The position numbers and the translations under genes are program-made. Below, piece by piece: positions 63,079 to 64,000 of a stretch of DNA of 64,000 bases. Below the pieces are notes generated by a model. It did not search any database. It was not told where the DNA came from and saw only the letters and a list, made by a program, of their open reading frames with translations. The stretch's first letter is position 1. Each line of letters opens with the position of its first letter. The stretch is taken from positions 96,001 through 160,000 of the forward strand of contig JAWBYA010000001.1 of assembly GCA_038867615.1 (NCBI GenBank). Direction: 5' to 3'. The stretch is from Sulfolobales archaeon (GTDB lineage: Archaea; Thermoproteota; Thermoprotei_A; Sulfolobales; AG1).

Positions 63079-63939
63079 TTATGGGGGCTTGCTAGGGGGT
63101 ATAGCTAGGATCCTATTCAGGGCGGCGGATACGTATCTCTCGTCCTTCTCGATCATTATGAAACTCCTTCCAAGTCTTTTTGCAACGACCCCTGTGGTTC
63201 CAACCCCGGCCATCGGGTCTAGGATAAGATCTCCTGGTTTTGTTGAGATCGTGATTATCCTCTCCATGAGCTCTTCAGGCTTCTGTGTTGGGTGTAACCT
63301 TCTACCCTTCTCATCCTTAAGCCTCTCAGTCCCTGAGCATATGGGTATTCTCCACACGTTATATGCGAGCTTCTTACCCCAATCTTTATAGCAATAATTC
63401 CTCGCAGCCTCCTTGTTAAACGTGTATTTCTTCGAATCCCTATCCCTCACAGCCCATATGAGTGTCTCTGTAGCGTTTGTGAATCTTACTCCAAGCCAGT
63501 TGGGCATGGGGTTTACCTTAAACCAAATAACGTCGTTCAATATCCAGAAACCAAGATCCTGCATAATCCTTCCTATTCTGAAGATATTATGGTAAGTCCC
63601 GATAGCCCAGATGGTGGCGTTGGGCTTCATAACACGCCTAACCTCTGTTAGACACGAGGCTATGAATCTATCGTACTCCTCAAAGCTTGGGAAGATATCC
63701 CAATACTCCTCAGGGCTCTCAACCAACGTTCTAACACCCCACCTAACAAGCCTCTTACCCCTAGGCAGCTGCAGGAAATAGGGAGGGTCGAAGAAAACCA
63801 TATCAACAACGCTAGAGGGGAGTCTCTTCAGAACATCAACACAGTCGCCATGAATAATGCTGTCAAGCACCTCTCCAAGCTCTACACGATCACCAAGCTC
63901 GCTGGATTTTACAAGCCTCACAGAACCGTTCAGAAGCAA
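63079..63939 (-). CDS. Beta-class N6-adenine/N4-cytosine DNA methyltransferase, CcrM-like
   Basis: DPPYFLQL, IGTYHNIFRIG, NPMPN..GVRFTNA.ETLIWA, HPTQKP and DPMAGVGTT motifs. Confidence 0.92.
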   Translation of the reverse strand: MLLNGSVRLVKSSELGDRVELGEVLDSIIHGDCVDVLKRLPSSVVDMVFFDPPYFLQLPRGKRLVRWGVRTLVESPEEYWDIFPSFEEYDRFIASCLTEVRRVMKPNATIWAIGTYHNIFRIGRIMQDLGFWILNDVIWFKVNPMPNWLGVRFTNATETLIWAVRDRDSKKYTFNKEAARNYCYKDWGKKLAYNVWRIPICSGTERLKDEKGRRLHPTQKPEELMERIITISTKPGDLILDPMAGVGTTGVVAKRLGRSFIMIEKDERYVSAALNRILAIPPSKPP

Positions 63940-64000
63940 AACCCCAATAATAATGATACAGGATTGGCTATTTATCGAACCTCCACGTCTTATAAAAGAT

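Overview
Chromosomal DNA of a thermophilic crenarchaeon (Thermoproteota, Desulfurococcales/Sulfolobales-like). The placement rests on Rpo13, TFE-alpha, the crenarchaeal arginine decarboxylase, PGI/PMI, an aKMT-type methyltransferase and an intron-containing tRNA-Tyr. Most genes are housekeeping: two Lhr helicases, udg, gcvPA/PB, leuS, pyrG, guaAB, coaBC, upp, ABC transporters and peptidases. There are two tRNAs and several box C/D-like sRNA candidates. No CRISPR array, rRNA, integrase or intact transposase was seen. The unusual signals are: (1) RGATCY is strongly over-represented, appears to be gained in decaying repeat copies, is rarer in the foreign-looking genes, and co-occurs with an orphan CcrM-like adenine methyltransferase; (2) about seven non-autonomous elements keep only a left end, a TATA-like motif and the 3' tail of a tnpB-like gene (omegaRNA region), and one of them supplies the stop codon and a T-tract for gcvPB; (3) a second structured inverted-repeat element and a third diverged repeat family; (4) two probable pseudo-enzymes (Pus10 without its catalytic Asp, a nucleotide-sugar dehydrogenase with Cys replaced by Ser); (5) two orphan surface proteins bracketed by mobile remnants. 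All alignments and counts were done by eye, and family assignments rely on recalled motifs, not database searches.
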